This document shows, piece by piece, positions 47,447-56,213 of a DNA stretch of 64,000 nt. The notes beneath the pieces are model-generated. The model was not told the origin of the DNA, searched no databases, and saw only the letters and a list, made by a program, of their open reading frames with translations. A program made the position numbers and the translations under genes. Numbering within the stretch: the stretch's first letter is position 1; every line of letters begins with the position of its first letter. This stretch comes from Candidatus Cloacimonadota bacterium (GTDB taxonomy: Bacteria > Cloacimonadota > Cloacimonadia > Cloacimonadales > Cloacimonadaceae), in contig JAAYEF010000027.1 of the NCBI GenBank assembly GCA_012728875.1, positions 16,546 to 80,545 of the forward strand, read 5' to 3'.

Positions 47447-48049
47447 ATGACACCTACATTTTATTTCAAGATCAACCTGAACAAATATGGAGAGATCAAA
47501 CTCCAGGCCGAACGCGAAAACAAGACTTTCCGAAACGCATTGATCGGTTTTGGCGTTGGCGCCCTCATCATGTTTGCTCTTTTGCTCACCTTCCACAACA
47601 ATCTGAAGAAAAAGGTGGAAAACCGCAAAAAGTATCTGCGGGAGATCAGTGCTCAGCTTTCCGATTTTGAGGCCAGCGAAGACTATCTTTCCGTGAACGA
47701 CGTGACCAGGCTGGCAGACACCTTTAACGACCGCATTTTCTGGACGCGCAAGCTGGAAGCCTTCAGCCATGAGATCAACCAGCAGATTGCGGTGAAAAAA
47801 TTCCAATATAGCAACGGTGTGCTCACCCTCTATGGCATCATCGAGGTGAACCCCGGCGTGCAGGAAGGTGATGTGATTTACAACTTTGTGCAGCGTCTGA
47901 AAGCCAACCCGCAGATCAGTGACGACTTTCCTGAAATCAAATCCGGTTCGCGCATGAGGCAGGTTGCCAAAGACACCGAAATTCTGGAATTCCAGGTGGA
48001 GTGCAGAACTCAGGCAGCAGAAACGCCAGTGAGAGGAGAAGAACAATGA
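47447..48049 (+). CDS. pilN: PilN-like bitopic pilus alignment protein
   Basis: Short cytoplasmic N-terminus, a single TM (ALIGFGVGALIMFALLL) and a periplasmic coiled-coil plus ferredoxin-like region. Assigned mainly by position. ATG at 47447 follows AAGGA. Confidence 0.6.
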   Translation: MTPTFYFKINLNKYGEIKLQAERENKTFRNALIGFGVGALIMFALLLTFHNNLKKKVENRKKYLREISAQLSDFEASEDYLSVNDVTRLADTFNDRIFWTRKLEAFSHEINQQIAVKKFQYSNGVLTLYGIIEVNPGVQEGDVIYNFVQRLKANPQISDDFPEIKSGSRMRQVAKDTEILEFQVECRTQAAETPVRGEEQ

Positions 48050-48594
48050 AAGAAAAATACCTAGTTTTCATCCTCGCCATGGTTCTGATTTCCGTGCTGT
48101 TCTTTATGTTGGCTTCAAATTCGTTGAAGAAAAACCTGGCTGAGGTGGACAACTACGACAAAAAGATCAAAACCACCTTGGAAAAGCTGAATAGCGCCAT
48201 GATCATGGATCAGCAGCTGAGAGAGTTCCGTGAAATAATCGACAACAGCCTCACCTACGAAAACAAGTTTTCGGTGGAGGAACTGAACGAATTCCAGCTT
48301 GTGCTGGACCGCATCCGGGAAGACAACAAGATGAAAATGGAAAAAATCTCGGATTCAAACAAGTTCTCTCCCGCAGGCATGATCGAAACCACCTACAACC
48401 TTGAGTTGCAGGGAACCTTCCGCCAGATGGGACAGTTCATCTCGGAACTGGAAGGGCTGAACCACATCATCAAATTCAACTATCTGGACGTGAGCCCGAT
48501 TCCCACTTCCGAGTCAGCGGGTCCCGGTGGAGAAAACAACTATCGCGTTTCCATGGAAATCACCGTTTTCAAAGTGAAGAAGGAGGCCAAATAA
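48046..48594 (+). CDS. pilO: PilO-like bitopic pilus alignment protein
   Basis: MKEKYLVFILAMVLISVLFF TM, then a coiled-coil and an alpha/beta core. ATGA overlap with the pilN-like gene. The longer track ORF (48001) is rejected. Confidence 0.55.
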   Translation: MKEKYLVFILAMVLISVLFFMLASNSLKKNLAEVDNYDKKIKTTLEKLNSAMIMDQQLREFREIIDNSLTYENKFSVEELNEFQLVLDRIREDNKMKMEKISDSNKFSPAGMIETTYNLELQGTFRQMGQFISELEGLNHIIKFNYLDVSPIPTSESAGPGGENNYRVSMEITVFKVKKEAK

Positions 48595-49142
48595 TGCAAT
48601 TCCGCTACGTGAAAGACTTTGCCATGGCTTTGCTGTTCATAGCTTTGATTGCCTATGCAGTCAGGCTTACCACCTACAATGCCAAGGCCTCCAAAGTGAC
48701 CCCCCAAAGCAAACACAGCAGCGAATCGGTTTCCGACACCCTGCGCAGCAAGATCATGAGCATTGAGAGATCCATCGTGGAACGCAAAACCACTGTTTTC
48801 TCTGTGAACCACGATCCCCTGCGCCAAGGCAACATCATCAAAGACAGGTTCGACCTTGCCCAGGAATGGGAAAACGCACAAAGGTTCGCCTTCCGTCCCA
48901 CAGGCACATACATTGATGAATACAGTGGAAAAAGGCTTGTGACAGTTGAATATAACGACAGAATCTACACCGGTGCCGTTGGCGACGTGATCGAAGGCCG
49001 CCGCATCGTGTGGATCAACGAGCAAAATGTTGGCGTCTCCTCCGGTGGTGCCACTCAAACTCTCACCATCCAGGCACGTCCGCAAATGCCCGACTTTTCT
49101 CAGGAAGACCGCGTGCGGCAAAACCTGGATCAAAACTATTGA
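48594..49142 (+). CDS. PilP-like protein (TM-anchored rather than lipoprotein)
   Basis: N-terminal TM, an HDPL segment resembling the PilP rDPF motif, and a C-terminal AVGDVIEGRRIVWINEQNVGV beta-sandwich-like segment. Sits immediately before the secretin gene. Confidence 0.45.
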   Translation: MQFRYVKDFAMALLFIALIAYAVRLTTYNAKASKVTPQSKHSSESVSDTLRSKIMSIERSIVERKTTVFSVNHDPLRQGNIIKDRFDLAQEWENAQRFAFRPTGTYIDEYSGKRLVTVEYNDRIYTGAVGDVIEGRRIVWINEQNVGVSSGGATQTLTIQARPQMPDFSQEDRVRQNLDQNY

Positions 49143-49146
49143 TATC

Positions 49147-50607
49147 ATGAAAAAATATAAAGAAGCTGGAGAAAATATGTTGCATGCTTCCCATTCCAAA
49201 CAATTTAGGACCTGCACTCTGGTTCTGGTCTTTCTGATCGGGATCGCGGCTCTGGGAGCGCAGATCAGCCCCTTGAGAAAACCAGTGACCATGAACAGCG
49301 TGGACGAGCCCATCTCGTCCGTTTTGAACACGCTGGCACGCCTTAGCGGCACAAACATCGTTTTGGCAACCGACCAAAGCGCCGGCAAAGATAAAGAAGA
49401 AAAACGCGTTACTGTCAACATTCGCGAAGTGCCAATCGAAACAGCCGTTTCCTTGGTGGCAAAATCTGCCGGACTTTCCTACAAAATCTACGGCGACAAC
49501 ACCTTCCTGGTGGGTACCCTGCAAAACATCAACGAATCCGCCGGCCAAAGAAACCACATCATCTATCTGAACAATCTGGATGCCAGCAAACTGAGCGCAG
49601 CCCTTGCCAATGCCGACGGCTCCGTGGTGCCGGTGGAAGGCCAAAACGCCATCATGGTCTATGGCAACACCGACACCTATGAAAGCATCCGGGAGATGGT
49701 GCAGCAGATCGACGTGGCTCAAAAACAAATCGAGATCCGTGTGCGGCTCATCGAAGTCAGCCTTACGGATGCCAAAAAGTTTGGCGTGGACTGGAGCCGT
49801 CTGAACCATCTTACCACCATCCTGGCTGAAGATCCCGTCGGGGCAAACGGTGCGGGCCTGCCCTTCAACTTCAGCGACCCTGATGGCTACCTGCCTTATG
49901 GCAACCCCATAAACTTTGAAGCTCTGCCAAACCAGCAGGTTTTTCAGCGCATCAATGGGCTCAAAGACATCGGGCACTTCAGCCGTCAGCTCACCGCTTT
50001 CGACATCACCATCGACTGGCTTTTGGAAAACAACGCCGCCAAGCTGCTCACCGACACCCGCGTGACAGCTCTGAACGGCAATGAAGCCCAAATCCACATC
50101 GGCGAAGTGGTGCCCTTCGTGGTTACAGACAACGACAAGCAGATCCAGGTGGAGCGCGAATCCGTGGGTATCATGCTCACCGTTACGCCCACCGTGAACG
50201 AAGCCGGGCTCATCACTGCGCACATCGCGCCTGAAGTCAGTTCGGTCACGGAACTTGTTGGTGGCTACGTTCCCCGCACCAAAGTGCGCAGGATTTCCTC
50301 CACCGTCACCGTTCCCAACGAACATAAAATCGTGGTTGGCGGTCTGCTGAGCTCACAGATCAGCAAAAAAGTGAACAAGCTTCCTCTTTTGGGCGATCTT
50401 CCCTTCATCGGCAAGCTTTTTCAGCATCGTCACGAACAGGTGGAAAACTCCGATCTCATCATTGAAATCACCCCCCGCGTGATCACTGCCGAACAGATCA
50501 AAAGGGATCCGGATATCGATAAATACGAAATTTCCGGACAGCCCGAGCTGGACGAACGCCTCACCCGTCGCTTAATCACATACGAAGAAACCGAAGACAA
50601 GGAATGA
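49147..50607 (+). CDS. pilQ: Type IV pilus secretin PilQ (short, no AMIN-type N-terminal extension evident)
   Basis: Signal peptide. Secretin core (TDTRVTALNGNEAQIHIGEVVPFV, VPNEHKIVVGGL, NKLPLLGDLPFIGKLF). The internal ATG at 49147 gives 486 aa. Confidence 0.85.
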   Translation: MKKYKEAGENMLHASHSKQFRTCTLVLVFLIGIAALGAQISPLRKPVTMNSVDEPISSVLNTLARLSGTNIVLATDQSAGKDKEEKRVTVNIREVPIETAVSLVAKSAGLSYKIYGDNTFLVGTLQNINESAGQRNHIIYLNNLDASKLSAALANADGSVVPVEGQNAIMVYGNTDTYESIREMVQQIDVAQKQIEIRVRLIEVSLTDAKKFGVDWSRLNHLTTILAEDPVGANGAGLPFNFSDPDGYLPYGNPINFEALPNQQVFQRINGLKDIGHFSRQLTAFDITIDWLLENNAAKLLTDTRVTALNGNEAQIHIGEVVPFVVTDNDKQIQVERESVGIMLTVTPTVNEAGLITAHIAPEVSSVTELVGGYVPRTKVRRISSTVTVPNEHKIVVGGLLSSQISKKVNKLPLLGDLPFIGKLFQHRHEQVENSDLIIEITPRVITAEQIKRDPDIDKYEISGQPELDERLTRRLITYEETEDKE

Positions 50608-50621
50608 TTTGGGGGATCATA

Positions 50622-52880
50622 ATGAATAAAATTAAACATCTTTTACCCCTTCTTATACTGTTGGCGCTTGCATTGCTGGTGTTTTCATCCTGCGACCGTC
50701 GCATGCCTCCGCCAACCGGTGGAACCACCACAAACCCCTCCGAAATGCGCAAGATCACAAAGATCACGGCGTCTCCAGACACCATCTATTGTGACAACAA
50801 CATCACCTTTTCCGATATCAGTGTGACAGTTAAAGATGGAGAAGGTTTTGGTGTGGCAGGTCAGCTTGTGAGTTTCCGCACGGATGTGGGAAGCATTATC
50901 ACCTCCGTGGCCACAGACAGCAGCGGTGTCGCAACCGCCACTTTCTACGACTCTGGCGAAAGAGGTTTGGCAACCATCACCGCCGTGGTGCGCAAGTTTT
51001 CGGATAAAAACCCCGATCAGGTGGTTTCTGCCGACACCGCCCGGGTGCAGGTTTTCATCGATGACGTTCCCGAAGTGGAATCCGTCACCCTGAATTTCCT
51101 TTCCCAGGCAAACCCCTATCCCATGAACGTGATGCAAACCACGGAAATAAACGCCCAAGCCACAAACGTTTTGGGCAACCCCGTGCCGGACAATACCTTA
51201 ATCAGTTTCAACTGCACCAAGGGCAGGTTCGTGGACGAAGCCGGCAACGTTTTGGGGGTCTCCATTGTCGCCAAAACCGTAAATGGCAGAGCCTACGTGA
51301 GATACAACGCGGGAGCCGTTGCTACCACCACACCGGGGGTCGGCAATGGTTTTGTGACTGCCAGCATCGGTGATAAGCAAAGCACCCGTGAAGTGCTGAT
51401 CCGTCCCGGAAATCCCTTCCAGATCGGCGTGCAATCCTTTGTGGAAGTGGATGGTGAAATGGTGGAAGCAGACACCAGCTTTGTGGCAAGCCATAACCGT
51501 ATTTTTATGCGCGCCACGCTGAATGACCCCCACGGAAACCCATGCCAATCCAAGCCTGTGCGCTTTGAAACAAACCTGGGCACCTTCGTGAATACCAGCA
51601 ACACCTTTACGGTCAATACAGACAACATGGGCGAAGCCCAGGTGCGCTTCACTCCCGGATTGGTGGCTGGAGCCGCCACCATCAAGGCTTTCGCCAATAA
51701 CGATACCCTGCAAACCCAGCTCATTTTCAATGTCACTTCCGACGACATTCACTCCATTTCATTCACCCAGGAAGGCCAGCTTGAGCTCGACGTGGCAAAC
51801 ACCGGTGGAGACGAATCCGCCATCCTGCGCGTGAAGCTGAAAGACATCAATGGCAACCTGATTGATTCTCCCCAAAACGTCTATTTCAGAATCATGAACA
51901 CCAATCCGCCTGCCGGAGCGAATCTGAATAACCAGCCCGTGAGGGATAGCGTTTTGGTTGTGTCCACAGGGGGTGAAGCCCAAATCTCGGTGAATGCGGG
52001 CACGGAAAGCGGGATCCTGGTGGTCCGCGCTTCCTGCACATCCGCATCTGGACGCTGGGTGAGGGCAACCAAGGGAAGTATCGTGATAAAATCCGGTCCG
52101 CCCCACTCTGTGGTTCCCTTCATTGGAGGGTTCAACACTGGTGAAAACGTGGGTGGCGGCCTCTGGGAAGTGGTGGCTGGCGCCGTGGTGAAAGACATCT
52201 ATGGAAACCCCGTCAGCAATGCAACATCCGTGTTTTTCGAGCTGATAAACAATATCACAAATTGTCAGATTGGAGCCACGGGATACGTTGGAAACTTGAG
52301 TGCCCAGGAGGACTCTCTGGCAGGCGTGGCCTACACCACGGTAACCTATTCCGGAAATTACACATACGATTGGATAACCATCCGAGCCAGCACCGGCGCC
52401 ATCCAGGGTGAAGGAGTGGACGGATATGCAACAGTCCAGCTACCCTTGAACGATCCCCGCTTTGAGATCCAGGCAAACCCGTGGTCCTTGGTTTATGGAA
52501 ACAACAACCCGGACTGGAAATCTGCCGATATCTATGCGGTGCTCACAGATGGACAGGGACAGCCTGTTGGAAATGCGCCCATTATGCTACTCTCCACCAA
52601 AGGACAGTTTGTGGCAGTCCCGGGATATAACAACAACTATCCGGGTGACCCGGCTTGGCGGATCATCACAGACGACGGCAGCTATGGCACTGGAGATTAT
52701 GCCGGCTGGGCTTGGGGGCAAATCCGCTTCCACCGCTTGGAAATCCCTGCCGGCGACCCGCAGACCGAAACTCCGGGCCAAACCAGCGGCAGCATCGTTG
52801 GCAGAATCTTGGGAACCAACGTCACCGCTGAAACCAGCGTTGCGCTCTACCGCTATTGGACTCCCGGACCTCCTTTCTAA
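50622..52880 (+). CDS. Lipoprotein with tandem bacterial Ig-like (Big_1/invasin-type) domains
   Basis: Lipobox LLVFSSC. Repeats of the type ITASPDTIYCDNNITFSDISVTVKDGEGFGVAGQLVSFRTDVGSI...TDSSGVATATFYDSGERGLATITAVV recur about 6-7 times. An alternative ATG at 50604 overlaps the pilQ stop. Confidence 0.7.
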   Translation: MNKIKHLLPLLILLALALLVFSSCDRRMPPPTGGTTTNPSEMRKITKITASPDTIYCDNNITFSDISVTVKDGEGFGVAGQLVSFRTDVGSIITSVATDSSGVATATFYDSGERGLATITAVVRKFSDKNPDQVVSADTARVQVFIDDVPEVESVTLNFLSQANPYPMNVMQTTEINAQATNVLGNPVPDNTLISFNCTKGRFVDEAGNVLGVSIVAKTVNGRAYVRYNAGAVATTTPGVGNGFVTASIGDKQSTREVLIRPGNPFQIGVQSFVEVDGEMVEADTSFVASHNRIFMRATLNDPHGNPCQSKPVRFETNLGTFVNTSNTFTVNTDNMGEAQVRFTPGLVAGAATIKAFANNDTLQTQLIFNVTSDDIHSISFTQEGQLELDVANTGGDESAILRVKLKDINGNLIDSPQNVYFRIMNTNPPAGANLNNQPVRDSVLVVSTGGEAQISVNAGTESGILVVRASCTSASGRWVRATKGSIVIKSGPPHSVVPFIGGFNTGENVGGGLWEVVAGAVVKDIYGNPVSNATSVFFELINNITNCQIGATGYVGNLSAQEDSLAGVAYTTVTYSGNYTYDWITIRASTGAIQGEGVDGYATVQLPLNDPRFEIQANPWSLVYGNNNPDWKSADIYAVLTDGQGQPVGNAPIMLLSTKGQFVAVPGYNNNYPGDPAWRIITDDGSYGTGDYAGWAWGQIRFHRLEIPAGDPQTETPGQTSGSIVGRILGTNVTAETSVALYRYWTPGPPF

Positions 52881-52901
52881 ATATGAACTTATAACACCCG
52901 T

Positions 52902-52942
52902 GCGGAGACGGTTTTCTCCGTCTCCGCCGGGCTCTTTTTTTT
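52902..52942 (+). terminator. Rho-independent terminator
   Basis: 10-bp stem GCGGAGACGG/CCGTCTCCGC with loop TTTTCT, followed (after CGGGCTC) by T8. Confidence 0.6.
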
Positions 52943-53010
52943 GAAAAAGCTGAACCAAAAAAGCCGCGGGGCTTGAACTAGACAAAAGATCCTTATAAGG
53001 AAGCGATAAA

Positions 53011-54720
53011 ATGAATTTTAACCCACAGTATGCCCGCTTGGGCGAGATCCTTGTCCACGAAGGACATGTGAGCGAAGATCAGATCAAGGAAGCCCTCATC
53101 AAGCAGGGAAATTTTGGCCTCAAAATTGGCGAAACTCTCATCAAGCTCGGCTACATCAGCGAAACCCAACTCCTGGATGCCCTCAATTCCCAGCTTGGCT
53201 ACGAGATCGTGAATGAAACCGAACTCATGGATCTCGATCTCGAGGTGGTCTGCTTGGTGCCAGAGCCCTATGCAAACGAAAACCGTGTGATCGCTCTGCG
53301 TGAAGACGCCGACGGCATTGTGGTGGCAATGGCTGATCCGGACAACCTTACCGTGTTGGACAGCCTGAAAAAAATCCTGGGCAAAAATGTGAAGCCCAGG
53401 CTGATTTCAGAATCCATGCTCCACAGCAGCATCGAAAAATATTACAAAAGCATCCGCACCACCACAGAGGTGGAAGACGCCGTGGGCGGTTTCGACTTTG
53501 TTGCCATGGACGACGAAGAAAACGAAATCACCATCGCCGCCGCCTCCGGAGAAGCCGATGCGCCCATCGTCAAGCTGCTGAACCTCATCATAAACGAAGC
53601 CATCAAATCCAACGCCACAGACATCCACATCGAGCCGCTCACAAAAAACACCCGCGTTCGTTACCGCGTTGACGGCGCTCTGCGCGAGGTGATGACCCCG
53701 CCCATCGGCATGCACCCGGGCCTCATCTCTTTGGTGAAGGTGATGTCCAAGCTCAACATCGCCGAACGACGCCTTCCCCAGGATGGTCACATTGCTCTGA
53801 AAACCAGCATCAAAAGTGTGGACGTCCGTGTTTCCATCACGCCCACCGTCTTGGGAGAAAAGGTGGTGATGCGTCTTTTGGACAAGGGTGAATTTGGCTT
53901 TTTGCTTACCACACTCGGTTTCGGAGGCCAGGATATGGATGTGTTTTCCCGCATTATCCGTCGGCCTTATGGGATCATCATCGTTTCCGGACCCACGGGA
54001 AGCGGAAAATCCACCACTCTCCACGCCGCGCTCAAGGAAATTCAAGATATCGAAACCAATATCATCACCGTGGAAGACCCTGTGGAATACCGCCTGGAAG
54101 GCATCACCCAGATTGAAACCAAGGAGCAGATCGGGCTCACCTTTGGCTCTGCGCTGCGTTCCGTGCTGCGTCAGGACCCAGACATCGTGCTCATTGGTGA
54201 AATCCGCGACGAAGAAACCGCCGACATCGCCATCAAGTTTTCCCTCACCGGTCACCTCGTTTTTTCAACCCTGCACGCAAACGACGCTCCTTCAACCGTT
54301 ACCCGTCTCATCGATATTGGCATCAAGCCCTATCTGGTGGGCTCCTCGCTCAGTCTCGTGATGGCGCAACGTTTGGTCAGAAAGATCTGCCCCTATTGCA
54401 TTGCAGACTACAAACCCACGGAGTTGGAACTCAATGACTGCGGCCTCTCAGCCGAACAAGCAGCCAAGATAGATTTCAAAATGGGACGCGGCTGCGTTCA
54501 CTGCGACAACACCGGTTTTGCCGGCAGAACAGGCATCTTCGAACTGCTGGTGGTGAATCCCGAAATCCGCAGCCTCGTATATGAAGGCGGAAACCAGGAT
54601 CTCATCCGCGAAGCAGCCCTCCGCTCTGGAATGCGCTCCCTGCACGACGCCGCCATGGAAAAAATGATCGCCGGCGTCACCACCATCCGCGAAGTCATCA
54701 AAATGACCATCGTCGAATAA
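53011..54720 (+). CDS. pilB: Type IV pilus assembly (extension) ATPase PilB/GspE family
   Basis: N-terminal T2SSE_N/MshEN-like domain. Walker A GPTGSGKSTT. Tetracysteine motif (CPYC...CVHC). 569 aa. Confidence 0.9.
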   Translation: MNFNPQYARLGEILVHEGHVSEDQIKEALIKQGNFGLKIGETLIKLGYISETQLLDALNSQLGYEIVNETELMDLDLEVVCLVPEPYANENRVIALREDADGIVVAMADPDNLTVLDSLKKILGKNVKPRLISESMLHSSIEKYYKSIRTTTEVEDAVGGFDFVAMDDEENEITIAAASGEADAPIVKLLNLIINEAIKSNATDIHIEPLTKNTRVRYRVDGALREVMTPPIGMHPGLISLVKVMSKLNIAERRLPQDGHIALKTSIKSVDVRVSITPTVLGEKVVMRLLDKGEFGFLLTTLGFGGQDMDVFSRIIRRPYGIIIVSGPTGSGKSTTLHAALKEIQDIETNIITVEDPVEYRLEGITQIETKEQIGLTFGSALRSVLRQDPDIVLIGEIRDEETADIAIKFSLTGHLVFSTLHANDAPSTVTRLIDIGIKPYLVGSSLSLVMAQRLVRKICPYCIADYKPTELELNDCGLSAEQAAKIDFKMGRGCVHCDNTGFAGRTGIFELLVVNPEIRSLVYEGGNQDLIREAALRSGMRSLHDAAMEKMIAGVTTIREVIKMTIVE

Positions 54721-54741
54721 GATTAAAACAAGGTTAAACCA

Positions 54742-55995
54742 ATGCCGAATTTTGCCTACATCGTCAAAGACGCAAAAGGTGCCAGAATCGAAGGTATCAT
54801 GAAAGCCGAAAGCCTGGATCAGGCTGTGGACAAACTGGCCAAGGAAGGCAGCACCATCATCTCCGTGAAAGCAGCTGCCGAAGGTGCCTTCAAGGGAAAG
54901 CTCTCCCTCTCGGACAAAATCATGCTCTCCATCTACAAATGGAGAACCGGAGTCTCGCTCAAAACCCTCGTCTTTTTCACGCGCCAGCTTTCAACCATGT
55001 TTTCCGCCGGTCTCACCATCGAAAAATCCATCTCAGACCTCGAAAAAGCGGAGAAAAATAAAAAATTTGCCAAAGTGTTGCGTCAGCTTTCAGACGATAT
55101 CCGCAAGGGTTATTCGCTCTCCGAAGCCATGGAACAGCACCCCGGGGTTTTCAACCCGCTCTACATCGCTCTGGTGACCGCGGGTGAAGTTTCCGGAACG
55201 CTGCATACCATCCTGGACGAGCTTTCAGATTATCTGGAAAAAATCGAGGATACCCGCCGCAAAGTGCGCTCTGCCATGGCATATCCGCTCTTCATCGTGG
55301 TTTTCCTCACCTTGGTCGTCTGGTTCCTCTTCTACTACGTGGTGCCCATGTTTGCCCAAGTCTATGAAGGCTTTGGCGCTGACCTCCCAGTGCCCACACG
55401 AATTGCCATCGGCATCAGTAATTTCATCACAAACAACGCCTTCCTTGCCATCCTCATGCTTCTGGGGCTGGTGGTGGCTGTATGGATAATCAATCTCACA
55501 GACCGCGGGCGCTACGTTTGGGATACCATCAAGCTCAAAATGCCGGTCTTTGGCAGTGTGACCACAAACTCCATCATGAGCAAATTTTCCCGCACTTTCT
55601 CCATTCTCATGACTGCGGGTGTGCCCATCATGGACACCATGGAACTCACCGAAAATGTGGTGCAAAATGCAGTGATCGAAGGTGGTATCCGCCGCGCCCG
55701 GGTGATGGTGAAAGAAGGTTACGGCGTGGCAAACGCCTTCCGCCGCACCGGGCTTTTCCCGCCCACGCTGCTGCAAATGATCGGCACAGGCGAAGAAACC
55801 GGAGACATGGACAAACTGCTGGGCAAAGCCGCCCAATTCTATGAAAAACTGGTGGATGCCGTCATCGAACGCCTCACTTCGCTCATCGAACCTTTGCTCA
55901 TCATCCTGATGGCAGGCGTGGTGGGAGGCATCATCATCGTGGTTTACCTGCCCATCTTCAGCCTGGGAGAAGCCATGAGCCAGGGCCTGCGTTAA
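54742..55995 (+). CDS. pilC: Type IV pilus platform protein PilC (GspF family)
   Basis: Duplicated T2SSF domains with three TM segments. 417 aa. Confidence 0.9.
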   Translation: MPNFAYIVKDAKGARIEGIMKAESLDQAVDKLAKEGSTIISVKAAAEGAFKGKLSLSDKIMLSIYKWRTGVSLKTLVFFTRQLSTMFSAGLTIEKSISDLEKAEKNKKFAKVLRQLSDDIRKGYSLSEAMEQHPGVFNPLYIALVTAGEVSGTLHTILDELSDYLEKIEDTRRKVRSAMAYPLFIVVFLTLVVWFLFYYVVPMFAQVYEGFGADLPVPTRIAIGISNFITNNAFLAILMLLGLVVAVWIINLTDRGRYVWDTIKLKMPVFGSVTTNSIMSKFSRTFSILMTAGVPIMDTMELTENVVQNAVIEGGIRRARVMVKEGYGVANAFRRTGLFPPTLLQMIGTGEETGDMDKLLGKAAQFYEKLVDAVIERLTSLIEPLLIILMAGVVGGIIIVVYLPIFSLGEAMSQGLR

Positions 55996-56028
55996 AAACC
56001 CATCCCCAAACGAAAATAAGCTATTCAC

Positions 56029-56053
56029 AGCCGGGTTCGCCCGGCTTTTTTTT
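56029..56053 (+). terminator. Rho-independent terminator ending the pilus locus
   Basis: AGCCGGG-TTCG-CCCGGCT hairpin followed by T8. Confidence 0.75.
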
Positions 56054-56213
56054 ATGGCACGTGTATTACGATGATTTCGAGGATTTAGTAAGATAGGATT
56101 TGAGAATATATAGTGAAGCCCGAAGCGAGAGGATTCGTATAAACCATAAAACGATATAACGCAAGAACCTTATCTGGTCTGGATTCCTTCCGGAAGTCGC
56201 AATGAATTGTTCC

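Noticed and set aside
56055-56070. Sigma-54-like sequence TGGCAC-GTGTA-TTACG just after the pilC terminator.
   Set aside because: The -12 element lacks the invariant GC at the correct spacing. There is also no downstream plus-strand gene for about 2.9 kb, since the following genes are on the minus strand.
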